Source: Armatimonadota bacterium (lineage in GTDB: Bacteria; Armatimonadota; Armatimonadia; Armatimonadales; Armatimonadaceae). Taken from it: a stretch of 64,000 bases of DNA. Positions 56,623 to 64,000 of this stretch are shown piece by piece. The DNA lies in contig JBJTQN010000371.1 of NCBI GenBank assembly GCA_046075665.1, positions 3,244 to 67,243 on the forward strand, read 5' to 3'. Under the pieces are notes generated by a model. The model ran no database searches. It saw nothing but the letters and a program-made list of their open reading frames with translations, and was not told the DNA's origin. The translations under genes were made by a program, and so were the position numbers. Positions within the stretch are counted from its first letter, which is position 1. Every line of letters starts with the position of its first letter.

Positions 56623-57510
56623 CTATTTTTTATGCCCCCATGCGAGGTGATAATACAGCAAGGATTCCGTGAATCCTTCTACCTTAAAGTGGGCTTTCAT
56701 GTCAGCCCTAAGCTCATTTTGTGTCAGGCGGATAAAGTAGATGCCTCCGCCGTGGTGACCTTCCCGCTCACTAAACATCGATTGCGGGAAACCCCAGCGA
56801 TACGCGGACATCGCAAATCGCCCGCCCGCCGCCTTGCTCTTACAAACACGTGCCATATGCTCTATCGCCCCGGCACGCGTCGCAGCCGTCGGGATGTGTT
56901 CATAGACACCAAAGCTACCAACGCGATCAAAGGTATCGGATGCCAGCGGGAGCATCGATAAATCGGCCTGCACGAAAATGACATTTTCTGACTGTTTCGG
57001 GCTCAGCTTGGTCTTCGCCACTCGCAGTGACTCGCGGGAAAAATCCACACAAACCATTGCTGAGCAGGCATCCACAAATGCAGGGGTCATCCGCCCCGTT
57101 CCGCAACCGCCTTCCAGCATCACATGCGTCGCTTGGAGATCGAGGAAGGCCAGTGTCGTTGGAACCTCGATGCTGGTGAACAGCTTTAGGCCCATCATTT
57201 TGTCGTAGCTTCCGACCTGCGCATCCCGCGCCGCCATCTCGCTACGCTTCTCACGCAGCATTGGATCTTCAGGCGTCTCATCGGTACGCAGCGCATCCGG
57301 GAGCACATTCGGAATACCATCCACCACCTGGTATGTTCGACCGCAAGCCGTTTGCAGCGTTGCCTGGTCATCGATGCCATTCCAGCCGGTCAGCGGGTTT
57401 CCCGTCTCGGGACAGCGCAGCAGATTTGCCAAATCCTGTCGATTCAAATGCTCATTCTCTTTCCGGTTGGATGCAACTTTGCAGCGCTTTGGGATGGCGT
57501 ATGTTAGCAC
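56623..57510 (-). CDS. Class I SAM-dependent methyltransferase with an N-terminal Trm112-like zinc-ribbon-type segment
   Basis: LLRCPETGNPL (Trm112-like) followed by SAM motif I MLEGGCGTGR. Confidence 0.7.
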   Translation of the reverse strand: MLTYAIPKRCKVASNRKENEHLNRQDLANLLRCPETGNPLTGWNGIDDQATLQTACGRTYQVVDGIPNVLPDALRTDETPEDPMLREKRSEMAARDAQVGSYDKMMGLKLFTSIEVPTTLAFLDLQATHVMLEGGCGTGRMTPAFVDACSAMVCVDFSRESLRVAKTKLSPKQSENVIFVQADLSMLPLASDTFDRVGSFGVYEHIPTAATRAGAIEHMARVCKSKAAGGRFAMSAYRWGFPQSMFSEREGHHGGGIYFIRLTQNELRADMKAHFKVEGFTESLLYYHLAWGHKK

Positions 57511-57540
57511 ACCGCCTATGACGCCTGCATTGAACAGACC

Positions 57541-59493
57541 CTATAGTGTGCCTCCTACAAGGCGGTCAAAGCGGGTTTCGTATTCAGCAAACAACGCCTC
57601 GATGGGCTTTAGGTAGTCTGTTTCACTTGTATCGAGAACCCCAAGTTCTTCTGCACATTTTGTGGCAACCACTCTAAGGGCTGCACGGCGCTCAAGGATC
57701 TTTGACAGCTTCTGATTCAGCGTCGCGCCTGTCGTTTGGCCGAGCTCCATGGTGATGTAGACATCCGATGTCTTCAAGTAACGCTCCGTCAGCGATAGTG
57801 CTTTCAGGTAGCAAGCGATTTTGACATCCTTGGATGTCTCCGGTGCAGCAGCGATTTTTGCATAAGCAAAGACAGCATGCGTTTCGGTCAGCTCCGGAAT
57901 AGCCTTGACTCTTCCAGGCAGTCCTTCTTCGACATCGATCAGCTTCTCCCAGGTTGCCAATGCATCCGCCGTATCCCCCGCTGCCTCCTGAGCTTCCGCA
58001 AGCGCACGGAGTACCTGTTGGTTGTTGCGGTCGCGCGCGACGGCATTGGATAGTGCGGTGATGCTTCCTTTGAGGTCACCTTTTGTCTCGAGTGCCTTGC
58101 CAAGAACGTAGTAGCGCCGTGCGGTTGGCTCGAGGTTGACCGCAATGTCTGGATGTCCGGTAGATGCGGTTGTGGATGGATTTTGCGGCCAGCCAGTTGC
58201 TCCCGATGCCATCACAAGTCCAAGAACGGCCGCGATACCGAATCCGGGAGTGCCAAAACGGGAGCGCCCGGCGGTTGCGAGGGCACATCCGATGGCTACC
58301 CAGAGAATCAGCGCATTCCCGGGGATGGCGCTTTCTGAATCTAGGAAGCCACGCGCTGCGGCAACGATGATAACGACAGGGAGCGCCGAACCATGGACAT
58401 CCGATGGGGCATCGGTTCCCTTTCGTGGACGACGGACCTGACCCGCAAGCGTCACGGTAAGAATCAGGAGGATTCCCAGAAGTGCAGGGAAGCCGCATTC
58501 GGATGCAAGCTGTAGGTAGCTGTTATGGGCCTGGCCTGTCCACTCAACAGTAGCGTATTGACCGTATGTATTTGCAAAATTGCCGGGCCCATGCCCGGTG
58601 ATTGGGCTTGCCTGAATCATCTGGATGGTCCCGTTCCAGGTCTCGCTCCGGAACGCACCGGAGTGATCCTGCGAGCTTCCACCTGTGGTTCTGGCCAGGA
58701 TGGTCTTGCTTTGCGTTGCAGCACCGATAACAAAGAGCCCCAAACCGATGGCAATCCACTTGATGGGTACCCGGATGCCATCCCGAATGAAGGCAACAAG
58801 TAGGGTTAGGATTACGCCACCAACTCCGAGTGCGATTCCGCCGCGTGACCCTGTGGCGACGAGTGCAGCACCGAGCATCGCGAGCGAGAGCAATGAAGTC
58901 AGCCGGCGTGGTGTGGCGGTCGCTCCGAGGAGCTGCACGATGACAAAAGGCAATGCGGCACCGATATAGCCTGCAGCAAAGTTGGGTGAGAAGAAGGTTC
59001 CGACGCTTCGGTGCCCGGCATCTGGCGCGCTGATGGCTTCGAGGAGGATACTTCCGGCGGCAAGAGATGCTCCAAGCTGGATGACATCTACGATGCGCTG
59101 GCGTTGTTCAGGGACCAGCCACAGGCCAGCGGCAACAAGGCAGGCAGCGATATGGGTAAAGATATCCAATGTCCCGGGAAGCATCGTCCATAGGAAGACT
59201 TGGGATGTCAGTCCTTTTGAGTGGATGAGAAGGGATGCGACGGCGGAGCCACCGTAGAGGACGAGACCTAGCCAGGCTGCGCGCGATGGCCAGCTTCCTT
59301 TGAGAAGACTCGGAATACCCGTGAGCGCGGCAGCAAGCAGCATCAGAAAGCGGAGCGCATGCAGGGCTGCATCCGCACCAAACTGTTCACCCGCCGGGCT
59401 GCCTCCAATCAGGGGGGAGAGCAGTATAGCCAGAAGGAACAGAACAGGTCCCAGCTTTTTGGTGAGGTTTGATTGTGACTCTGATGTTGACAT
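57541..59493 (-). CDS. O-antigen ligase/polymerase-like (Wzy_C) membrane protein with C-terminal TPR repeats
   Basis: About 10-12 TM segments, a large loop with the ...GSRGG... pattern and a TPR-like C-terminal ~200 aa. Confidence 0.6.
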   Translation of the reverse strand: MSTSESQSNLTKKLGPVLFLLAILLSPLIGGSPAGEQFGADAALHALRFLMLLAAALTGIPSLLKGSWPSRAAWLGLVLYGGSAVASLLIHSKGLTSQVFLWTMLPGTLDIFTHIAACLVAAGLWLVPEQRQRIVDVIQLGASLAAGSILLEAISAPDAGHRSVGTFFSPNFAAGYIGAALPFVIVQLLGATATPRRLTSLLSLAMLGAALVATGSRGGIALGVGGVILTLLVAFIRDGIRVPIKWIAIGLGLFVIGAATQSKTILARTTGGSSQDHSGAFRSETWNGTIQMIQASPITGHGPGNFANTYGQYATVEWTGQAHNSYLQLASECGFPALLGILLILTVTLAGQVRRPRKGTDAPSDVHGSALPVVIIVAAARGFLDSESAIPGNALILWVAIGCALATAGRSRFGTPGFGIAAVLGLVMASGATGWPQNPSTTASTGHPDIAVNLEPTARRYYVLGKALETKGDLKGSITALSNAVARDRNNQQVLRALAEAQEAAGDTADALATWEKLIDVEEGLPGRVKAIPELTETHAVFAYAKIAAAPETSKDVKIACYLKALSLTERYLKTSDVYITMELGQTTGATLNQKLSKILERRAALRVVATKCAEELGVLDTSETDYLKPIEALFAEYETRFDRLVGGTL

Positions 59494-59499
59494 AGTCCG

Positions 59500-60417
59500 T
59501 TAGTCCGATGATTTCGCTTTGCGCTTTGAAAAGGCCTGGCCGGTGATGATTCGCTTGAGAATCCGAACAGATGCCCGCAGGATGGCCCAAGGCAATACCA
59601 TCGCCGTTGCCCACGCCGGCGTCCGGGATGCGAAGAATGCTTTGTGTTTTCGCCAGAAGCGCACCATTGCCCGGCTGTGCTCCACAATCATCCTCTCGGC
59701 GACCTGATCGCTTGAACCACCGATTTTGTGGATTACATCGATGACGGGCGCATAGACAACCCGCCACCCTGCTTCGTGAACGCGGAGGCTCCAGTCCATG
59801 TCTTCGCAGTACATAAAAAACGTCTTGTCATCCAAAGGACCAACCTGTTCAAGACACGCGCGGCGCATTAGCATCGCGCAACCGCTCAGCCAGTCGACAT
59901 CCAGTGGAGATGCATGGTCAAAATCACGCATCAGGTAATCTGCAGCCGGCTGGTTTTGCGGGAAGAGCTTGCCTAAGTAAACATTTCGGAACAATCCGGC
60001 TTGAGGGGTTGGCCACCGGCGACACGAAAATTGCAGCGTTTCATCCGGGTTTATGACTTTCGGACCGATAAGACCGGCATCCGGCGTCGCATCCGCCCAC
60101 TCAAGTAATGTGTCCAAACCACCTTTGGGTAACATCGCATCCGAGTTCAGGAGAAAAACGTAATCACAATGGTTATCTGCTAAGGCTACATTGTTTCCGC
60201 CTGAGAACCCGAGGTTCGCGCCAGTTTCGCGCAGTTGAACATTTGGATATTCGGTACGAACCATTTCCGGGGAGCCATCCGAGCTGTTGTTGTCCACGAC
60301 GACCACTTCGACGCGGGACATTTCTGCGGTGCTGCCGGCGATGCTTGCCAAACAGGCACGGAGGTCAGCTTTGGCATTCCAGCTGACGATAATCACTCTG
60401 ACCGTGCTTTGCATCAT
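59500..60417 (-). CDS. Glycosyltransferase family 2
   Basis: VIIVSWN..., VVVDNNSSDGS, LLNSDA (DxD-like). Confidence 0.8.
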   Translation of the reverse strand: MMQSTVRVIIVSWNAKADLRACLASIAGSTAEMSRVEVVVVDNNSSDGSPEMVRTEYPNVQLRETGANLGFSGGNNVALADNHCDYVFLLNSDAMLPKGGLDTLLEWADATPDAGLIGPKVINPDETLQFSCRRWPTPQAGLFRNVYLGKLFPQNQPAADYLMRDFDHASPLDVDWLSGCAMLMRRACLEQVGPLDDKTFFMYCEDMDWSLRVHEAGWRVVYAPVIDVIHKIGGSSDQVAERMIVEHSRAMVRFWRKHKAFFASRTPAWATAMVLPWAILRASVRILKRIITGQAFSKRKAKSSD

Positions 60418-61304
60418 TGCGAGGCTATTCTATCCGTCGGAAAGAGTGAGCTATGCGTTTGCCATACCGGTGTTCGTACCTGTCTTGTGCGGATGCACGC
60501 TTCCATCCAGAGCATTATCGAAAGCAATGGCCGCAGTGAATCCGTAGCGTAGTGTTTCTTCCAAAAGCATGCAAATGCACGCCGGCTCTCCCAAATCGCA
60601 TCCTTGCGGATGGTACGTGTTGTACCGCCGTGGTCGTGGACAACAATCGCACTTGGGATATATCTAAAATCCCAGCCAGCCTGACGTGCCCGAAGTGCCC
60701 AGTCAACATCATTGAAATACAAGGGAAACGCTTCGTCCATCTCACCGATGGCATCCCATGCTGCGCGGGGAATCATCCAGCAGCTGGCCATCGGCTGTAC
60801 AGCATCCTGTTCACGTTCATAGTCAAACCAGCGCTGTTTCCAGCGATCCAGTTTGGGAGAAAACCTGGCAATCTGAGTCATCTCCAAAAAAGTAGCCAAT
60901 GGATCCGGGATTCCTGTGATCGCAGTTTGTGTCCGACCATCCGGCCAGACCAGGCGCGGCGCGGCCAGAGACTGCGGGGTTGCGGAAACAGCATTGAGGA
61001 GCATTGCCACCGCGGTTGGTTCAACACGGGCATCCGGGTTTAGGAAGAGCAGATATTTACCGTTCGCCGCGCGGGCAGCCTGATTGCATCCTGCGGCGTA
61101 GCCAACATTTGCGGTATTTCGGATCTGGGAGATACCCGGGAAATCGCGTTGAACGGCATCAATGGCATCCGGTTTGCTGGCGTTGTCGACAACAATGATT
61201 TCCGTGATCGATGCTGTTGAGCTGGCAAGCAGTGCCGTGATACAGCTTCGGAGGTCATCCGGCGTGTTCCAGTGAACGATGCAGACCGAGATTTCGGGAG
61301 TCAT
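60414..61304 (-). CDS. Glycosyltransferase family 2
   Basis: VCIVHWN..., IVVDNASKPD, FLNPDA. 4-nt overlap with the next GT2. Confidence 0.8.
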   Translation of the reverse strand: MTPEISVCIVHWNTPDDLRSCITALLASSTASITEIIVVDNASKPDAIDAVQRDFPGISQIRNTANVGYAAGCNQAARAANGKYLLFLNPDARVEPTAVAMLLNAVSATPQSLAAPRLVWPDGRTQTAITGIPDPLATFLEMTQIARFSPKLDRWKQRWFDYEREQDAVQPMASCWMIPRAAWDAIGEMDEAFPLYFNDVDWALRARQAGWDFRYIPSAIVVHDHGGTTRTIRKDAIWESRRAFACFWKKHYATDSLRPLLSIMLWMEACIRTRQVRTPVWQTHSSLFPTDRIASQ

Positions 61305-61343
61305 TATGCCAACCTTGGGGATGCCTTCCCGGTTAGCGTCCGC

Positions 61344-61865
61344 TCAGTCATCCAGCTCCACAATGCCCGCTTCCCGGAGGACACGTTCGGCCATAAAGAC
61401 AGGGCATTTTGCGCGGACCGCGAGTGCGACGGCATCCGATGGCCGGGCATCAATATCAATCACGGTATCCGAATTGGATGGCTTCACACGGATGCGTGCG
61501 AAGAAGGTGCCTTGCCATATGTCATCAATGACAACTTCCTGAATCTCAGCGCCGAGCCGGTCAATGGTGATTCGTAGGAGATCATGCGAGAGCGGCCGGT
61601 CACTCGCTTTTTCGGCGAGCCCCTGAAGAATAGACATCGCTTCGAAAGGTCCAATAAAGACGGTAACGGTTCTGCTTTTGTCATCCCGTATCCGGATGGC
61701 GGATTCGCGAATCGGCCGCATCCAAGGTGGGACCTCATCGTTTTCATCTTCATCCGGTGCGGCTTCGAAGACACCCAAAACCTCCACCGGATGAAGGATG
61801 CCTCCTTCCGGGTCGTTGACCGGCTGTTCCGGTTCGTTGAAGTCTTCGGGTGTCTCGTCGTCCAT
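61344..61865 (-). CDS. Bifunctional nuclease (BFN/DUF151) family protein
   Basis: GPFEAMSI, RPLSHDL and IDARPSDAVALA blocks are typical of DUF151. The start is 5 nt after the rho stop. Confidence 0.75.
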   Translation of the reverse strand: MDDETPEDFNEPEQPVNDPEGGILHPVEVLGVFEAAPDEDENDEVPPWMRPIRESAIRIRDDKSRTVTVFIGPFEAMSILQGLAEKASDRPLSHDLLRITIDRLGAEIQEVVIDDIWQGTFFARIRVKPSNSDTVIDIDARPSDAVALAVRAKCPVFMAERVLREAGIVELDD

Positions 61866-61870
61866 CGGGT

Positions 61871-63715
61871 TTATTCCATCGACTTGGATGCGGTTGCATC
61901 CGCCGGTTTAGCACCAACCATCGCGAGAAAGTCCTTATTGCTTGGGGTTTTCTCGATACGGTCAATCAGGAGTTCTGTAGATTCCTTGGTGCCGAGATTT
62001 GCGAGGACTCTGTGCAGCTGCCAGATCTTCTTGAGTTCCGCATCCGGGTACAGGAGCTCATCATGGCGTGTGCCGGATGCCTTGATATCTATCGCCGGGT
62101 AGATGCGTTGTTCAGAGAGGCTTCGGTCGAGTTTGAGTTCCATGTTGCCGGTGCCTTTGAACTCTTCAAAGATGATGTCATCCATACGCGAGCCGGTTTC
62201 AACGAGTGCGGTGGCGATGATTGTGAGGGAGCCACCATGTTCGATGTTGCGTGCTGCTCCGAAGAAGCGTTTTGGTCGGTAGATGGCAGCCGGGTCCAAT
62301 CCACCTTGGAGGGTTCGTCCACTTGGCGTGACGGTCAGGTTGGATGCACGGCTATAGCGGGTGATGGAGTCTAGGAGGATAACGACATCCTTGCCGATTT
62401 CCACCAAACGCTTGGCGCGTTCGATGGCGACTTCAGCAACCTTCATATGCTGCTCAGGTTGTTCATCAAATGGGGATGCAATGACATCACCTTTGACCGA
62501 GCGTCGCATATCGGTGACTTCTTCGGGCCGTTCATCTATGAGCAGGACGATTAGCGTGATTTCGGGATGATTTGCCGTGATGGAGTTAGCAATCTGCTTG
62601 AGCAGAATCGTCTTTCCAGCCTTTGGTGGAGCCACGATGATTCCGCGCTGGCCTTTACCAATCGGTGCAATCATGTCGATAAAGCGCATCGCGACCTGTT
62701 TGGTCTCCCGCTCAAGACGGATACGGGAATCCGGGTAGATGGGTGTAAGCTCATCGAAGTTTGGTCGTAGCTTGCTGACTTCGGTGTTCAGGTCGTTAAT
62801 CGTATCGACGCGAAGGAGACCATGGTACTTTTCGGTGTCCTTTGGTGCGCGGACGATGCCTTTGACCAGGTCACCATTTCGCAGGCCGTAGCGCTTGATA
62901 TGGCTTTGTGAGACATAGATGTCATCGGAGCTCGCAAGGGTTGGCTTTTTCCGCAGGAAGCCAAAGCCATCCGCGTGTATCTCGAGCATGCCTTCTGCAT
63001 CGATGCCATCCACGACTTCTGCATCTGCATCGAGATCTGAGAGATCCATATAGTGGTCACGGTTACCACGACCGCGTTGTTGCTTGTCACGTCCACCGGT
63101 GGATGGAGCACCCCCCGGGCGCATTCGGTGTCCAGGGCGCTCGCGTTGCTCGCGTCCCTGACCGATATTGGCATTGTTGTTATTGTTGTTACGTCGGTCA
63201 CGGCGGTCATCCCGCTGAGGGCGCTCACGGCGCTCTGGCAGGTCATCCGGCCCCGCGGAATAGGATGTCTGCTGGGGTACCGAGCCGCCGGGCGTGGATT
63301 CAGCATCGCCAGTTTGTGCACCAGCTGCATCCAAATCCGTTTGCGCAGGCGCATCGTAGCGTGGTGCACGATCGCGGCCATAGCGACCACGGCGCTCCGG
63401 GCGAGGTGCATCATCTGGGGATGCTCCGCGGTAATCTGCAGGCGTATCAGCTGGCGAATCATTGTATGCGACTTGTATCGGTGTAGGAGGTGCGGCGACA
63501 ACAGGTGGTGCAATTACTTGGCGTTCAGGGACATCGGTGATGTCTGGAGGTGGCGCCTGGATCACACGTCGTGGACGACCTCGCTTTGCGACGGGAGCCG
63601 CATCGGATGTATCCGGGTCCATGTTTAGCACCTGCTTCAGGGTTTCGGTTGGGGATACTACGTCAGTGGTTGGCTCAGTGTCAGTTGTCGCGGCAGCGCG
63701 TCGGGGTCTTGGCAT
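61871..63715 (-). CDS. rho: Transcription termination factor Rho with a ~255-aa disordered N-terminal region
   Basis: CSD-like [14 protein letters not shown], Walker A APPKAGKT, and Q- and R-loops. ATG at 63715 has GGAG 5 nt upstream. The upstream ORF extension was rejected. Confidence 0.9.
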   Translation of the reverse strand: MPRPRRAAATTDTEPTTDVVSPTETLKQVLNMDPDTSDAAPVAKRGRPRRVIQAPPPDITDVPERQVIAPPVVAAPPTPIQVAYNDSPADTPADYRGASPDDAPRPERRGRYGRDRAPRYDAPAQTDLDAAGAQTGDAESTPGGSVPQQTSYSAGPDDLPERRERPQRDDRRDRRNNNNNNANIGQGREQRERPGHRMRPGGAPSTGGRDKQQRGRGNRDHYMDLSDLDADAEVVDGIDAEGMLEIHADGFGFLRKKPTLASSDDIYVSQSHIKRYGLRNGDLVKGIVRAPKDTEKYHGLLRVDTINDLNTEVSKLRPNFDELTPIYPDSRIRLERETKQVAMRFIDMIAPIGKGQRGIIVAPPKAGKTILLKQIANSITANHPEITLIVLLIDERPEEVTDMRRSVKGDVIASPFDEQPEQHMKVAEVAIERAKRLVEIGKDVVILLDSITRYSRASNLTVTPSGRTLQGGLDPAAIYRPKRFFGAARNIEHGGSLTIIATALVETGSRMDDIIFEEFKGTGNMELKLDRSLSEQRIYPAIDIKASGTRHDELLYPDAELKKIWQLHRVLANLGTKESTELLIDRIEKTPSNKDFLAMVGAKPADATASKSME

Positions 63716-63951
63716 GGATAACTCCAGGGGTGTCCACCTTGCTATGGTGGTGATGGTCTCAAAGGGGTCAGGCAACGGCCTGCTCACGCAGTGAATCGGG
63801 CGAAATATGTGTGGAATGTGTGCGGAAGTACCATCACACTGTGGCAAGTTCACGCAGAGTGCCCGACATAAAGCACAGGCATACGAAATATACCACATCC
63901 AGCAACTATGCGTGGATTATCGGCATTGGGGGTGTAAATCGTGCTTGAAAA

Positions 63952-64000
63952 CTACCCGCCGCCGTAGATTTCAGGCTTCAGAACACCAATGTAAGGCAGT
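63952..64000 (-). CDS. 3' end of an unidentified CDS (only 16 codons inside the window)
   Basis: Open frame ...LPYIGVLKPEIYGGG* ending at the TAG at 63952-63954. Too short to identify. Confidence 0.3.
   Translation of the reverse strand, partial: LPYIGVLKPEIYGGG

Noticed and set aside
63171-63200. Short GTT/ATT trinucleotide run (the Asn6 codons) inside rho, considered as a slippage-prone simple repeat.
   Set aside because: It spans only about 6-8 codons, is an imperfect repeat, and is in frame. It is reported as part of the Rho disordered region rather than as a contingency locus.
1-64000. Search for CRISPR arrays, IS elements/transposases, integrases, prophage blocks and rRNA/tRNA genes.
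   Set aside because: I found no regularly spaced 25-40 bp repeats, no transposase- or integrase-like ORFs, and no cloverleaf-compatible sequences in intergenic regions. The only repeats seen are the parS blocks and the 179-bp duplication.

Overview
A 64 kb bacterial chromosomal segment with about 60 densely packed protein-coding genes. By hand sampling, most of it is roughly 55-60% GC. I saw no rRNA, tRNA, CRISPR array, transposase or integrase. A DUF1592/DUF1552 gene pair points to a Planctomycetota-, Verrucomicrobiota- or Armatimonadota-like organism, but I cannot assign taxonomy. Recognisable content: (1) a parA-parB locus with three perfect 16-bp parS sites, which suggests an origin-proximal region; (2) tryptophan genes split into trpE-x-x-trpG and a convergent thrS-trpD-trpC unit, with an attenuator-like leader in front of trpE; (3) the cell-division and translation genes mtaB-ftsE-ftsX; (4) leuC, mnmA and gltD; (5) carbohydrate-active genes (GH3, GH10-like, BNR/sialidase-like, esterase, KGSADH-like aldehyde dehydrogenase); (6) a 9 kb co-directional array running rho, bifunctional nuclease, two GT2, an O-antigen-ligase-like protein, a methyltransferase and two unknowns. 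The best candidate for something new is a low-GC (about 45%) three-gene operon at 40.26-44.04 kb. It encodes a nucleotidyltransferase/kinase-fold fusion, a 327-aa protein with no confident family, and a LicD-family phosphotransferase. This looks like a horizontally acquired cassette that attaches an unidentified phospho-linked substituent to a glycan. Other notable items are a 179-bp diverged duplicate of a gene's 3' end whose substitutions are mostly synonymous, an FtsE and a Rho with long disordered N-termini, an orphan ABC ATPase plus PhoU fused onto the parAB operon, and several orphan ORFs. All functional calls come from motif recognition by eye and memory. No database search was run.
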